The translations under genes were made by a program, and so were the position numbers. A stretch of DNA of 64,000 bases from Octopus sinensis (lineage: Eukaryota), in contig NC_042997.1 in the NCBI RefSeq assembly GCF_006345805.1, forward strand, positions 150,350,001-150,414,000, written 5' to 3'. Under the pieces are notes generated by a model. The model did no database searches. It was not told the origin of the DNA and worked only from the letters and a program-made list of their open reading frames with translations. Below, in pieces: positions 1-16,470 of this stretch (positions are counted from its first letter, which is position 1; every line of letters starts with the position of its first letter).

Positions 1-542
1 ATATTGGTATGTTTCTATATGCATTGGTCACATATTACATCTATATTTGTTTCTTGTTGTCTTTCTCCTATTGTTAACTCTCTCCAAGCTATTTCTCTTA
101 CTTCGGTGTTCCACTTGGCGTACTCTTTCTCCTACATACACCAAATTTTATCTCCTGTCTTTTCTCTAAATTCATTCATCTATTGTGTTTTTTACAATTC
201 TGTTCCAAACGAACAAAAATATGACTCTCAATGTCTCTTCATCCTCCCTTCCCTTACTCGTATTCTAATAAATTTCCTCATAAAGATTTCTTTATAGTAG
301 TATTTTTTCTTCTCAAACAATTCATACATAGTTCATTCCACTTTTCTCCTGCCTTTTGAATATATTTGACCCGTTATTTTCTCATACTTCCACGCTTTCT
401 TACTCCTTCCCTCTATCTCTCTGTATATATATATCTGTCGATCAATATATCTCTCCCTGTCTCACTCATCACCATTCGAGTAGATTTTCACTCTGAGACA
501 CAAACTCACATATATATCACGAGATATTTCATGTGTGTCTGC

Positions 543-625
<83 letters not shown>

Positions 626-1950
626 TATAAAACAGAGCCAAATTAACCAATATATATATTCATACACACACATATATATACACACATCTGCAAACGTGCA
701 CATAGAGACTTCTATAAGTTTATTTACAAAATATTTTCAAAACACGGGTGAAAGAGGAGGCCAATAGTAGTTTTAGGGCACGAAACTATCTATAGACAAC
801 ATCCATGGTTTGTAATTCATATCGATATATTACTATATTTGTTTGTGTAAGCATACACACCCAGTACCATATGTGTGAGCGTATATATATATATATATAC
901 ATATATATAATATTTTTATGTAAGCATATATAAGTGTATAGGTACGCATGCATTATAAATATATATGTGTGTATATATATATATGTATGTATGTATATAT
1001 GTATGTATATCTGAGGAAACCAACCCACCCATATACAGGGTTTCCTTGCACGAGGTGATTTTTTTGGTTTCTTCACTAACGCCTAGGCTTGGACAAGGTT
1101 TCTTTGTTTTACTTTCAGAAGAAAGACTAACTGTGTGTACGTTTGTGTGTAGGTGTCAATACGTATATTATGTGTGTGTCTATGTGTTACTATGTATGCG
1201 AAGAAAGAGAACATATTATTAATGACTTCCGTGCCCTACTTTTGGAATGCAGAAAAGGAGGAACTGCTGCTCCCTTCTCAGTAATCTCCATTCTCTTTTT
1301 TTATTAATTTGATTCTGAAAACTTAATTTGTGATTTCGTCTTCCTCTCACTAATATTATTAATATTTCCTCGGTGTCTCTCATCTTATTACTTTTTGTCT
1401 GCAACGTTGTCTCATAGTATCGTTGTAGTCTGCTCAATTGAATCTATTAACACTCATCATATCTCTCAGCGATCTTTGTCGTTCAGTATTTATCAATACC
1501 TACTGTCTCTTTCTAGATCTCCGACGAAGCCCCTTCATAACAAAAATAAAAAAAAATCCCGCCACATCGAAATTGCAACTTTTTATCTATGCCTTTATAC
1601 ATCCACTAGAAACAAAGGGATATCTAGTACATTGAGCGCAACTATAGAATAAAATGACATTTCATTCGCTTCCCGTCTCGAGACTAAAAGACAGACTATA
1701 CATATCCATCCTTGGAATATTTCCTTATCGCGAGCAGCCATTGAATATTTCCACTCTGCTACCACCACTATTGCCTAAGTTTCATTTTATTCAACTCTAC
1801 ACAGACTCTTGTTCAATTTCTTCCCCACTTCTTCCTTTCTCTCCTTCTCCCTGTCTCTTCAGTTCCATCCAAAATCCTCTCAGAATTTCTATGTCATTAT
1901 AAAAATGTCTTGCAATAAAAGTCTTTAACAAATAGCTCAAATCTACAATG
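1..1950 (-). mobile_element. Highly decayed RTE-like LINE (APE endonuclease/linker), interrupted by simple repeats at ~300-1220
   Basis: Broken minus-strand translations (GFWMEL, FNGC, FVSSG, REWRLL, KWNTEVREIAWREL) fall in the order expected for an RTE endonuclease and linker; many stops and frameshifts. Confidence 0.4.
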
Positions 1951-2522
1951 ACACTAAATCGATACCAATAACAGACTCTTTCACCTCAGTGTACGTACAA
2001 TGATGCATAAATATATACAAGTGCGTAAGCACATACATGTATACGCATACATAAAGATGCACAATTAACCACACAAGTATTCGCACACCCATAGGCACAT
2101 ATATAAATGCCCGCACTCATATGAATGAATTCACAAGCGCACTTTTAATACGCACTGGCACACAAGCCATATTTGTGTGAAAGAGTTGGTCGTGTGTGTC
2201 CCTATCTGTGACTTCTTGTATGTATGTGAGCTGTTTGTTGCTGAGACAATACGGGTTGCACTGACATACAGAGCTAGTTTTGGTCTCAGAGTTGCTTTGT
2301 GTTAGCAAATGTGTATATAAAGGAGTGTGTGACGTGTGGATATGCGTGTCCATTACCAGTGATATTTATGGAACAATTACTTAAGATTTAATAACTAACA
2401 ATATTGGTATCTTCAAATAGCGTACGTATGCAGTGTGTTATAGCATGTATGTGTATCCATAAGCATGCATATGCGTATGTGTGTAGAGATGTCTGTACGA
2501 ACGCATATACTTGTATATATAT

Positions 2523-2569
<47 letters not shown>

Positions 2570-2663
2570 TATATATACATGCATATATGTATATGTATGT
2601 ATATATATATGTATATATATACATGCAAATATATATATATGCTTATATGTATATATATGCACG

Positions 2664-2700
<37 letters not shown>

Positions 2701-2859
2701 GTTGTATGTATGTGTGAATGAATGTTTGTATGAATATACACTACTACGAGCAACCTTTTCCGAAATATACAAAACAATGGAGCCTATACTCCTCCTACTA
2801 CTACTACTACCACTACAACTACTGATATTACTGCTAATTACGTTACTATTGCTTATTTT

Positions 2860-4400
2860 ATGCGAGCTGTTTGAAGTCTCACCCAGAGACCTCATGTTAC
2901 ACAACGTTGGACTTTCATAGTTATATGTTCATTAGGATCACCGGTTCTCGTAGGGTATTTTCCATGTAATGCCTTACTTTGCCATGTGCTTCACAGCAAT
3001 GAGATTTCCTATCATATGTTTTGTTTTTTTTGCAATTCGTTTCTGCTATCACAGTGTACTTCTCTCTTTCATTTTTGTATCTCAGCCTCATTGATTTTTA
3101 AATCCTGTACATGCTCTTCTTTGCTTCTGATATGGAACGTATAATTTTGTGAACTTAATCCCTTACTTGTTGGGAGCATAATCTCTTACTTCATACCTTT
3201 AGTATGTAAACTCTATGTACATCCGTGTTTAACTGATGTATGTGCTGCATTGTGAGGATCTCGTACAATTTTGTATCAATTTTATTGATTTTACTGATGA
3301 ACAGCTTTATAATGTTATAGCTATAGGTCACAACAATTATAGCTAAGGTACTCATTGCATCAAACCTGTTTCGCGATAATTTGGTTTTTTAGAACAGCTC
3401 CAATTCTCCGATAACATTCTTTTCGTATTCTGCATTTGTGAGCGTTGGATGCCATCCCCTTCACATGCACTTAAATACTTGTAATTGTTGACGGGATCTA
3501 ATTCTTTGAGACTGGTAAACTTGTCTATTTGTGTATTGTTCGTTTTCAGGAGTTTTCCCATAAAAAATGTGGCTGTAAAGCATTTATCAAAGCGGACTCC
3601 ATTCCAACATCGTCACTGAACTGTTTTTACCACAATTAGAAACCGCTTCAGTTCCTGATCATCTTTCGTAAAATGTTATAAACTATCCATGTAAAGGATG
3701 CGATTCATATATCTTTCGTATTCTGTACGCCCATATTTTGTGCCACTCGACAGCTTATATAGAAGAATGAAATCCAAGAAAAGAGTAGTGATGTAAAAGA
3801 AACACCTTGAAAATGTCACAGTTTATGTCCATGTCACCAACATTCATAGTGCCTTCTCTGAATTCCGTATAAGAGTTGTTTTCAATTACTTCATATTCGA
3901 CTGAAAGTTATCAATAACTAACAGATTTTATATATTTCTACACATATCGCAGATTGTCAAATACTTTTTGTAATGAAACCATGTAACAGAAAGATATTTG
4001 CTTTGTTCGTGGTAGTCATCAAGGGCCATTTTATTGATTAAAAGCTGGTCTTTACTACCAGCGATTATTAGCTAATTCATAACTAACGATGTTTGCTGTT
4101 TTGGTAGGGCTTTTCTTCCCCCAGTTTTAATATCTTTGTTCTGCACTCGATCTCTGAATTGGAAACTAATATTGTAGTGTAAGAGGTGTCTATTACGTCC
4201 ATTTTCCTTCCTTAGTCCGTTTCGCTCTTGAATTTAATTTTACCAAATGAAAATGGTGTGTATGCATATCCAGTGTTCGGAGATATCTTGTAAACGGGAA
4301 TATTCATGCCTGTGTTTTAGGAAAAGATCAAACCAACAGCAAACTTTTCGACCGCAGATTCATTTGACTTCGGGAGTTGATTGATGAGTTATCCATTTTT
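2860..4400 (-). mobile_element. Decayed R4/Dong-clade non-LTR retrotransposon, RT region
   Basis: Minus-strand motifs in order: GSKDQLLINKM...LSVTWFHYKK, FQGVSFTSLLF, LYMDSL...DQELKRFL, NNYKYLSACEGDGIQ, TLAIIVVTYSYNII, KALHGKYP. Frameshifted. Confidence 0.85.
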
Positions 4401-4697
4401 CTTAGTATTTCCGATATTCTCGCGTATTGTCCATATCGCCAAGGGTAGGGGGTTTCTTTCATAGTGATCCCAGCATGTGAGGTCTCTGGGAGGCAGGAAA
4501 TCTTATCTTGATTTTAATTTTATCACAAATCAATACCCTTTCTCTTTATTAAATGATAATTCACTGCATCGTGTTCGTTTCTAACATTACATAATTTTGC
4601 ATGATTCAGTTCGAAAGTTGACAATAGCTGCACTGTTTTATAATTGGTTCTAATTCTTATTAGCATATCTGACTTAGAAGGCATCCGCTGCAGTAAT

Positions 4698-4875
4698 TTT
4701 GGGGAGGGGACTAGTCGATTACATCGACCACAGTGTTGCATTGGTACTTAATTTATTGACCCCGAAATGATGAAAGGCAAAGCCAACCTCGGCAGAATTT
4801 GAACTCAGAACGTAACGCAGACGAAATATCTCTAAGCATTTCGCCCAGCGTGGTAACGATTCTACCAGCTCGCCG
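4698..4875 (-). mobile_element. tRNA-derived SINE, family A
   Basis: Reverse complement of the GGCGAGCTGGCAGAATCGTTAGC...GAGTTCAAATTC (B box)...GTCGATGTAATCGACT element repeated elsewhere in the window. Confidence 0.85.
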
Positions 4876-7428
4876 ACGGAGCAGCAATAACAGCAAGCAA
4901 ATAAGAGACTACTATCACTCTCACCCACACACAGATACACAGAAGTATGTATGTATGCATGTTTGTGTATTCCCTGCAGCATCTAATTAAGGTCTCTATG
5001 ATTTAAAATTCATTGAAGTCAGTTTGTCTTTTGAACATAAAGGTATCGATGAAAGAAAACCAGTTACTACATTGATTTCATTACATTGTCCTTGTGTTTA
5101 TATCGCAAACAACATTACTTCATCTGTCACTTGAAACCATATTGAAATTTGCACTGGCCCTATTTAATGTATATCACAATTATAATTCACCAGCTAAACA
5201 CTGAGCCTTTTCTTTCTTTTCTTTTTTTTTTTACTCTTACTATCACTTTCGTTCACCTCACTCATATTTTCCTTTTTTTCCCTTTAGTCGTTTATATACT
5301 GTCTTCTGCTGACTTCACTTAGGCATCCGTCAACGAATCTGTGTTTGGATTTGACTAGTGTAGTGCTATGACTTTTGACAGATTACTCAGCATATTCAAC
5401 AAGGTCTGTTGGAGGTTTAATCATTTTCAAATATAGCCTGTTAATTTCTTCCTAATTTTTGTACATTGATACTTTATACTTCCCGTTTCTTTTAAACAAC
5501 CCGGTTGGTGGTTGACATGCTCAGCACTTTGCTCTTACTCTATATTTACAAATAACAAACATTACATGATTTAGTGATTATCTTATGAATCTTACTATCT
5601 TAGCAATCTATTCTCAGTTGTAGCAGACGACTGCTTTCCGTTGGCAATTTCCTTCATTCTAAATACTGATTTTCGAACTGATTGTACCTTAGTGAATTAT
5701 GTTGTGAAAATGTAGAAATATCACATCATGCACCTTTTCTTGAAAAAGACTAGGGCTAACCGTTGATAGATATCGATAAAGGAGAAATGAACATTTCAGA
5801 CAGTAAAGTAGTGTTAAAGTATTTAAATATTTTTAACAATGAATTAATAAGTCATTCATTTTATCACTTCTTAAAACTATTTTCTTTTGTTTGTATTACG
5901 TGTTTTTTCTTCAATTTCTATTCTTATGCGTTATCTAAACAAACTAAAGGTGATAAATCGTTTATTTTGCTCACAGACAATAAACAAACTCTAGGCTTTG
6001 AGTTAAATCTCAGAAAAATTACGCTGAACAATTAATTACAAAATATTAAGCAAGTTTAAAACACATTTGTTATAGAAAAAATATCTGACGCAGAAGTTGA
6101 ATTTAATAAATTGATAATCTTTGTTGCACGCAAATTTGATATCAAAATATATTTTATACATTTATTTGGTTTAAATTGGTGAATTTAAACATAGCACGTC
6201 AAAATATTATGAAGCCCCTTCTTCAAGTTATGTATTTAAGGTGGTAGGGGTGATGGAAAACGATACTTAGAAATTTCATTTGAGGTTGTCACATGACAAT
6301 AGGACATATTTTATTTGTAACAAATAATAAGTGTTTGTTCTGGCCCTAGTTGCTTGCGTTTAGAATACGCCTCATCGTTATGAGACACTCTAATATATGA
6401 GATACAAGAATCAATTAATAATGTTACTCTACTTTCGGTGCTAATCTAATACCTCTTATATCTCCTCACTGTAAGATAAATGGATACCTTTTGTTTTAGT
6501 CTATGGATACTTAATGGGAAATATGACTGGATCAAAACTACTTACGATCCTATTAGCGATTAGACATTCTACTCACCCATGCATTCACATAAATAAATTA
6601 GTATTGCTTTCATGGGACTTTGTTTGTTTACAATACTAAAGTTAAATCAGGGAATATGAACGTGATGAAAGAGAGATTTAATATTGCTTAGAATCTTACC
6701 AGTTTCTAAAGTCTTGTACCCATGGGTATCAAAAGTAAATTACATATTTGCTTCTTTGAAGAGAAGAACAATTTTGTGTCCATACCTTTGTATTTAAATC
6801 TGCATAGTATGTATATATAGACATATATCAGTGAACGGACACATCTCTCTCTGGCTCTCTCCTCCCTTTCTCTTACTATGGCGTACATTTTGTATAATGT
6901 GGTTCTGAGTATGATCCGATCTGCTTCTAACATTATTCTAGTAGCCTTTATAATTTTCGTGTTTTTGTGCATCTCCAGGTGACAGGAATATTATGAGCAG
7001 CAATCGAGTGAATTGTACCCGACCTGTGGTTTAAATTGCCACTGTTATTGCACACAATGTCTATCCGAGTTTACATCGTTTTGATTTGAAAGCTAGAAGT
7101 GAATGCGGAATAGTGAACCAACTCTACAATAAGTAGATATACGATATATATATATATATATATATATATAAGTTGAAAAACCTATCGATGTGTGTTGCTT
7201 TGTAAGTGCACATATAAGAGTGTCTATGTTTCTGGACTGTAAATAACCTATAAACGTTAGTTTATGGGCTTGTATGTATAGATGTGGTTGTATATTTCCA
7301 AGCACAATGTCGGTTTGTGTTACGTGTGTGCAGCTAACTGTATATCAACAATATTATGAATAACTTCATAAGTGAATATGCCTCGTATGCCTGCCTGTGT
7401 GTATGTGTGTGTGTGTGTGTGGTGTGTG

Positions 7429-7467
<39 letters not shown>

Positions 7468-9400
7468 GCGGCATTGATCTTCCACTCGTTTCATTTGTTT
7501 ATGTGTTTGCATGCGATTTTGTATTAGCGTATATCAGTATATTCACTGACAGTACGTAGTTAGGTACGTGTTTGAGTTTCTGTGTCTTTATGTTTGAATA
7601 CACCAGGATCATTACTGATTCTTGTAGTGTTTCTGCTTGTGAATATGTGTACTGTTCGTTTGTGTGAATGTGTGTGTGTATAAATATATTGAATGAGACA
7701 GACTATCATTGATAGATGTTTACATGTCTATTTATGTGAATACTAAGCATACATGAATGAATATGTCATGTTCGAAAACAAGTTAATGCATGGCTAGGAT
7801 ATCTTAACTCTGTGCGTGTATACAGATATGTGAGAGTAATATATTGCCTGCTTTACTCTTCGCAAGATATAACGTGCATATGAATATATCATTTGTATAT
7901 AATATGCTCTGGCATTGTATTTATACTATAACACGCGCTCAGACACAGACATACACAGCATGTATGTGCCATATTGTATTTATCAATGTGTGCTTAGCAA
8001 TACATTTGTAATTGATGTACTTGATAAACTAATTACTTGTATGTATATATCAGTGAGTGACTAGATATGCATCAGGGTATTTTTGTGTTTGAGTGACTAT
8101 GTATATATCCATTTATGTGCATTTGTGCTGGTGTAATGATAGTTCTATGTGTGCATATATGCAAGAGCAATATTGTATGACTTAACGTGTATGATATCAT
8201 ATGCATGATATATGTATGTGAATATATCGTGCGTCAAGGCAGTTCTATGTAACATATGTGTGTACGTATGTATGTATGTATGTATGTATGTATGTATGTA
8301 TGTATGTATGTATGTACGTATGCATGCATGTATGTTTTAGCTGAGTTTACTTTTGAATATGGTGATTTGTATCTATATCCGAATATAACATGGAATAAAA
8401 CATTATGAAATGGTTCAATGCACTTCTGAGAAATATCATGTGTATATGAGTAAATTTAAATGCGTGACAAATTTATTGCATGGTATGATTCAAGGCTTGA
8501 TGTGTGGATGCATGCATTGCGTTTATCAAGGTATATAAATATACACATATATACGTGCAACTGTATATGTGTACTATGTATGTGCATTTGTACATGATGT
8601 AATGAATACACGAATATATTCACTTCTAATTTAGGCATAGTGCCAGACATTTTTGAGAAAGGAAGCAGTACATTATATTAACCTAACTGTACATTATTTC
8701 ATAGATCCGCTGACCTCCACAAGATTTGAATTCACCACACAAAGAGTCGTAATTAAACATCGGAAGGCATTTTCAAATCCGATGCTCTACAAATGTTTTG
8801 AATCAATCGGTGAAGTATCAGAAAGCTTGTGACATGCTAGAAGTTATACCCAGATATCCTGTTATAGCCAGCCCTTATCTTGAAAGAAATTGTGTACATA
8901 TCGGATGGCGCAGTTGTGTATTGGCTACAGATGTGATGGTACAATCATGGTTTAATGCATTTGGCTAGCCAGCAAAATCAGAGGCGTCAGTATATTCCCA
9001 AAACTAGAGGAGTACTAACGATTCTGTCAGTTCAACGACTTAATTGTGATAATAATGAGGATAATGATGATAGTTGAATGTGATGCTTCAACAGAGACGC
9101 TAATAGAAAAAAAGTTTATATTTGTGGTAAACAAACATTGTTTTCATATATGTATCGCTGTATTTTTTTCATTGCATTCCGCAAACCTGTTTGTAAACAA
9201 TTACCTAATGACTTATTCGAGTGAGTCATTGAAAAATATGTATTTGGGAAAATGTTTTATTGTTCGGTACGTGTGAATTCATCTATTGACACCGGTATGC
9301 ACACACACACACAGACACACACAAATATATGTGCATATTATGTACACCATCTATGATAGCATTTGTTTATACTAATAAACATATGCATGTATATATATAT

Positions 9401-9472
<72 letters not shown>

Positions 9473-9617
9473 GTTAGCCGACCGCACTCATGTTTGCCTG
9501 TATACATTCTGTGAAGCTTTACATAGCGTCGTTCGGCTATCGACTGCTATTTCCAGCAAACATCAGTGCCTTATTGTGCCACAATTTCCCACACACATAA
9601 ACACTCACATATACACG

Positions 9618-9660
<43 letters not shown>

Positions 9661-9661
9661 A

Positions 9662-10898
9662 CAGTGTACGGGGAATAAACTGTTGTGAGAATTACGGAAA
9701 AATGAAAATAATACTGACATCTCATTTTAACTGATATATTTACCAAAATTACATAAAATTATCTTGAACTTCTAAAGAGAAAATCGATTCAATAAGATCG
9801 CTATTGGCTTTAATCACAACCTCCAGATGACTTCGGAATATCATGCAACTCTTGTGGTTGGTCTCCATGTTTAAGTTGGTAAATGCTGCCGTAATCCTTG
9901 CCTTCAGTTCATCTTTAGTGTTACGCACAACTGAACCCCATCTGTAATAACCAAGGGGGTTGCAGTGTGGGGATTCAGGTGGTCAGATATTATGGATGGT
10001 GTGGTTGCAGAAATTGTCTGACAGCGATGACAGTTCTCCTGCTTGGCTGGCATGGCTTAGAGTACTCTTGTCAGATATACGGTTTTATAGCAGCCACCCT
10101 CTTGACTCAAGGTAGCACTACCTCCTCCAGGCACTTGCTGAAGGCCTCCGTGTTAAGTCTGAGGCTGTGTGGGAAGATGAATGGCGGTATAACGTCGCCA
10201 TCACTAGAGATCACTCCAAACACGAATTATTTTTATTACTCTCGGTACATGTTTTGTGGACATGGCAAGCCAATGATTGTTCTGTGTGTTTACCATTGAC
10301 CTTGGCAGGATTTTTCTCGTCTGATAAAAACCAAAACTTGTCCATTTGGAGGGGATACTTGAGTTTGTTCACAAGCTTCGTAGCGTTGTCTTTCCTCTTG
10401 TCTTTAATGGTTAGTGATAAAAATAGGCCATCTTTCTTCTAGTTTGAGGAATGTCTTCATGCACTACCTGCCTGATAAGAAGCTGAGGCACTCTCATGTC
10501 CTTAGTGATGGATCTGATTGGCTTCGATCGTTGTTAATCATGGTTTTGATCTTAGTAACAAACTAAGGAGTTTTTTCTTACCAGAACAATCACAGTGAAT
10601 TTTCCGAGCTGCCGTACCTTCGTAATCACCAATTGACTCGTCCAACTCATTCCGAATTCTCTGCTCTGTTCTGAGATTGACACCGAAACACTCAGAGAGT
10701 ATTGACGCTTCCGGCGCGAATTCCAAGCACCTGTCGCTTCCAAATTTTGGCAGAGTGAATTGCATCATGGTGTTGTTTTTCCCACAGAGGGTGCCTAACT
10801 GAGCCTACTATACTATACAGTCAAAAACATCAAAAACAAACATTGCGCATGCGCAAAATAAAAATATAGTATGGCCATAATTTTCCCATCGCACCCTG
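9662..10898 (-). mobile_element. Near full-length decayed mariner-type (maT/DD37D-like) DNA transposon
   Basis: The minus strand starts TA|CAGGGTGCGATGGGAAAA at 10900-10881, with a degenerate counterpart CAGTGTACGGGGAATAAA at 9662. Broken transposase from MMQFTLP (10768) through TKDELKARITAAFTNLN. Homologous to the copy at 61839-63402. Confidence 0.85.
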
Positions 10899-13002
10899 TA
10901 TGTTTGTATGTACATATATACATATAAGTATGCGTATAAATATGTATGTATGCATATATATATTATATATATATATTTGTAGCTATCTACGTTGACATTA
11001 CTATTTGTATGTGTGAGTGATCTGCGTGTATATGTACTCTTGTGGTAGCTTTATAGGCGATTGTACACGCGTTTTCATTTTGTATTTTTCAATGCAAAAT
11101 CTCTACAAGCTGTCAAACACATAAAATCTTCTGCATGTGTACACGTGTGTGTAAGCATGTACTTACCTGTAAGTTTTTGTTTATATTTGTCATTGTTTAT
11201 TTACACGCGTGTCAATATATACGTTTCTATGATTCATTCTTTGTATTATCCTTGCGAAAAGATTTCTTCATATCAGAGTCACTTACAAAATATTCTTTTC
11301 TCATTTATATTTCTGAACGTTGAATTGATTTCTAAGCCAAACAATTTGTTGTATATAAATTTATCACAAAAATACAATCCATTTTATTTCTATCTCATAT
11401 GTAAGCTGACAACTAAACTACGAAATTATGTTCAGAGAACAGATGTTTCCTTTTAACCGCTTGTAGATCTTATTTTAAATGAAATAAAATTTTTACTCGG
11501 TTTTAAATGCCTGGCAAGAAATAGAAATGCACACACCTGCTTGTATGTGTGTATATACAATGTACACACTCACGCGCACATATATAAGTGTATGTGGATA
11601 TATACGCGTGTGTGTGTGTGCGTGTGTGCATACATTATATATATATATATGCTCCACTGGCTAGCAATAACACTGCTAGACACTACCTAATAAAATGCAC
11701 AAGATGTGCAAATATCAAGACTAAACATTTATTTATATATTTCATGACTTGTTTCGAATTTATCGATCGTGTCAAACTAAAACTCAGTTATTGGTCTGAC
11801 AGGTAGAATAAGATCGAAACATTCCACAGTTGATCACTTTATCATTAAACATAGACAGACATACGAATATGTATGTAAGTGTATGTATACATGTAGAAAT
11901 ACCTCTGTGTGTATGTGTGCTAGAAGGTGCAGTCCATTAGTATCTTTAAAAGTAGTCAACATGTACTTATTTTATCGATCCCTTGAAGAGTAGACAGCAA
12001 CGTAAGATATGGAATATTTGAATCCAGAACGTAAGGGGCCATAACTATTATGCTTTAAAGCATTCCGTCCGACATTTTACTGACAAGTTTTCTCCATTGA
12101 TCTGTTAATATTTATAGTAACAAGTGTATATATGCAAACAGGAATGGTGCCATCGGTTTAACAAGTCAGCCGTTAATGCACTTCTGCTAAAATAATGCTT
12201 CAGCTTTGATGAAACAATGAAAGAATGATGAAAATGACTATTAACTAAAGAAATTTTTTAATGAAACCTCTGTAGATAATATACTGACTTATATTCATAT
12301 TATCGCTGATTGTATGATATGAATTTTGTAATGTTAACGTTTTGAACAAAATACAAGGATCCATTAAATTTATAGACAAATTTAGGACCACCAAGTATAA
12401 AGGCAGATTTAGAGATAGCAACCAATCAAACTTTACATAATACACCCATCAATGTTATTAATGCAATGAGAAACACTATGGTTAATTTTCTTGTATATTA
12501 CTTTCTAAAACATACAATATGATTATGGATGGCATATCTTCGACCATAGCACTAATTCGTTGGAGCTTCAATCTTGTGAATGCATAACCTCTACCTAGTT
12601 ATTCGATCAACTAAATATAGAAGTAAATTTCCCTCAAATGAAATCGCACCAGGTTATTTTAATACGGAATATACATTCTTTAAAATTGCTCTGCTACATA
12701 GAAATAGAACTTTTCGGAAATAACATCCAAATGGAAAAAGAATAAGGAAAATTAAAATCAGGAAATCAAGCAGCATCGTGGTAATTCTAGTACAAATAAT
12801 TCAGGTTGAAATTAACGAAGGCAAGAAGTGAAAAATCCTAGCCAAATATAGAAACTATCGACTAGCAAAACAAAGCAAGCAACAGGATGTAAACCCAAAC
12901 TACACTTACGAAAAAAAATCCTAGAGTAATACGAAGATGTTATTAGCAGACATTTTTTATTAGAGATTTCGTCTATGAGAATAATCATAAGCGGTATATA
13001 TA

Positions 13003-13047
<45 letters not shown>

Positions 13048-13054
13048 TATATAT

Positions 13055-13098
<44 letters not shown>

Positions 13099-14902
13099 CA
13101 TACATACATACATACATACATACATACATAAGCCATCGAAAAATGGTTAGAAAGATAAAAATCTCACGATAAACTAGCGCCTACAATGGAAAACGTATGA
13201 TGAGTGAGCATTTTTGGACACATACATACTTATGGAGATGGTCTTATCTGTAGAGAAAAAAACATTCTGGAGAGATTGTAAATGTTTGTAGCACCACGAA
13301 GAAACGCAAGTATACCATACATAGTGTTTAATATGTAAAAAATCTTGTAGATGCAGAGAAAAAAAAAGATGTTCTGTTTTATTAATCCATATTTTTTAGA
13401 AGATAATGTATCCATTGCTTTTCTGTGCGATATTAACACATTTCAGTAACATAAATATTAGACTGAAAATTGACAGACGTACTATCATGTAATAATAAAA
13501 TTTCCCTTGCATATAGATGTCTTTAAGACTTATGTTGGGGAGGTCAGAGAAGACAGAAATTCAAAAGTGAAAGTTGATATGAATTCATTTTCAAAAAATG
13601 CACAAAAACCGCTGGGAAAATAATACAATCTACGAAAGCCTGTGACGTTATGCTAGATAATGTGAGTGACACCTGAATTTGACCAACAACTTGAGAATTA
13701 ACACTAAAGACAAAGAATTCTGATAATAAAAACTCACAAAAGATAAATATAACCTTATTCCGGAAACCACTGCAGGCTGCTGCAACAGAAAGCTATATGT
13801 GTTGAAGATAAAAAAGAGAGCAACGAACTTTAAATCGGTTCCAAATGAAAACAGAAAGTGTGGAGAGGAGGAACTAAATACTGAAAGCCAGAGTCATTCA
13901 CGCAAGTCATCGATTGGTACTTAATTTTATCAGTCTTCAAGGGATAAAAATTACTCTGACCAGGATTGAGTTTGAATTCGAAATCACAACGTACAGATTT
14001 GAAAGACATACTATAGAACATTATATTCTGTTTAGTCAACACTCTCACCAACAGTAATAACGATTCGTTCTATATTTACCACAAGGCTGACATGCTAGAA
14101 GGGTTACATTACAAAACGGAATATAAAAATGCTTCTTTATACAGCAACAAATGCTGTGTATGTGTGTGCTTAACTAATGATAATATGAGTTGCAATAATT
14201 GAGTGAGACACTTAGAAAGAGAACCTTACCTGGATTTGAGCGCAGAATCTTGATAGGCTCAATTGTAAGCTGAAATCTCAATCAAGTCTCAAAACATAAT
14301 ACACCGCAAGTAAATACGGCACGGCCTCTTATCTCACGTTCTGAGGACTTAACCAGTCCAGATGATTTCAAATCTAATGGTTATTAATAACAGACAGTAT
14401 TAAACTTGTATATTCATTTCATACAATAGTGAATAGTATGCAGATGTAATAGAATTTTTGTAGTTCGAAGTACTTTGATTGCTGATTATATCTTTTAGAT
14501 TTAGTACTATATATCTCAGTCAATGTAGATTTTAGATTTAAGATATATATCTTATTCAATGTATTACACTATTTGTTATCGATTCTTTTCAGGATTTTGT
14601 TCCTATATTCTAACTCCAAATTACATTAAGAATCATATCAAAACATATTGAAGCACCAGAAAAGACCGTATTCTAAATACAATTCCGAAGCGAAAATGAG
14701 GAACTGAATTTGCTGTATGTGTGCGTACGCATATATGCGCGCGCGCAATCACACACGTTATATATATATAATATATATATATATATATGGGAGCAAACAA
14801 GTGGGTGAATTCACACATATAGGGGTAAACAAGTGTGTATACAAACATGCATACACACACATTACATATATATATTACATATATATATACTGAGATATAT
14901 CT

Positions 14903-14970
<68 letters not shown>

Positions 14971-16228
14971 CGAGAGAGAGAGAGAGACAGAGAGAGAGAG
15001 ACAGAGACAGAGAGAGAGAGAAAGCGAGAGAGAAAGCGACATGGCCTCAAGTGGAAAATGAATAATTTTAGTTCAGATAGAAATATTCTCTCCATATGGA
15101 AAGGAAAATCAGATAGATTTGCAATAATGTTGTTCAACAAAACTTGAACACCTATTTTTGTCAATAATCAGCCCTAAGTTTACTGTGACATTCTGCAGAT
15201 ATAGGCCGATTAGATTCACTCTTATATTTCTCTTTCTTCACACATTCTCCTATACAAAGAAAAATGTAAAAAAATTCCTTCTGTTTATCTTGTCTGTACC
15301 TAAAGTAATTTTTCTGTCATAGTTGACACAGTTCTATTCTCACTCGCTCACTGATTCCAATTTTAATAATTGTCTCTTTTCCCCATACGCACACACAAGT
15401 ACGTGCATATAATCCCTTTGGCTTCCGCACTGTTCCCATCTTCCTAATTCCGTTTAGATTATATTGTTCAAATCGTGCCTACTGAAGAAGGCCTGGGTTT
15501 CGAGTGCCACGTAGTGAGAACAAATCAGTGATCATTCTTTTTCGAAGTGAACATCCTAACCACATGACTAAAACTGTACTATTACGTTATTAAACAACAG
15601 AAAATCCGATATTATGTCATGTAGTCTATGTGTGTCTCTACACCATCTACACTGAAGTTTCTTCACGAAAACCTGCTGTATATAACATCATCAATCTCTT
15701 TACCATTCTCCCTTCACTTCTTCACCCTTAACCAATAAATAAATAAATAATACACGGTTTCCGGTTGTATTCAAAGTCAGTCATATTCAACGGAAGAGAC
15801 GGTTAGTAGAGAACGAAAAAAATAAGAACCTGCACAAAGTATATAGAAATAAGTACGAAGTATTTTTACATAGGGTTTTTCTTATTATTCTTGCTTTTTA
15901 CTTACTGACACATGTCAAAGCAAATAAGGTTGGTATCATTTCACGAAACATCGAAAATCAAAAAACGCTCTTCGGCACAAATAGGAAAATTGAATCCCTT
16001 GAGGGAACTCCCGGGGCTTTCTTTCTTCCACTTTATTTTTCTTTCGCTGATAAGACATTCAAACACATTTGATTTGTAGCTGTTGCTTTTGTTCATTTTA
16101 CTGATTTATTTTACTTAGTGAAGAACGGCTGGAGGTATAAGGAAAGAGGGATACCGTTGTTTTTTCTATTTGTACATTCTCGAATAGTTTGTCCTACATA
16201 TATATATATAGGATTACATACGCAGTCA

Positions 16229-16263
<35 letters not shown>

Positions 16264-16470
16264 GAAATATGTTACGAAAAGAAAATATAAAATACACGTG
16301 GAAATGTAAGGGTAAAATATGAAAAATCAACGAAAATGCATATTGCAGATAGCAAAAGGCTATTTATGACATGTAGTGACAAATATATACATTTAAATTG
16401 ACTGAGATAGTAATATGAGTCATAAAGGTCATTATTATGAGATGATTATAAGATGTTAATAATAATAAAA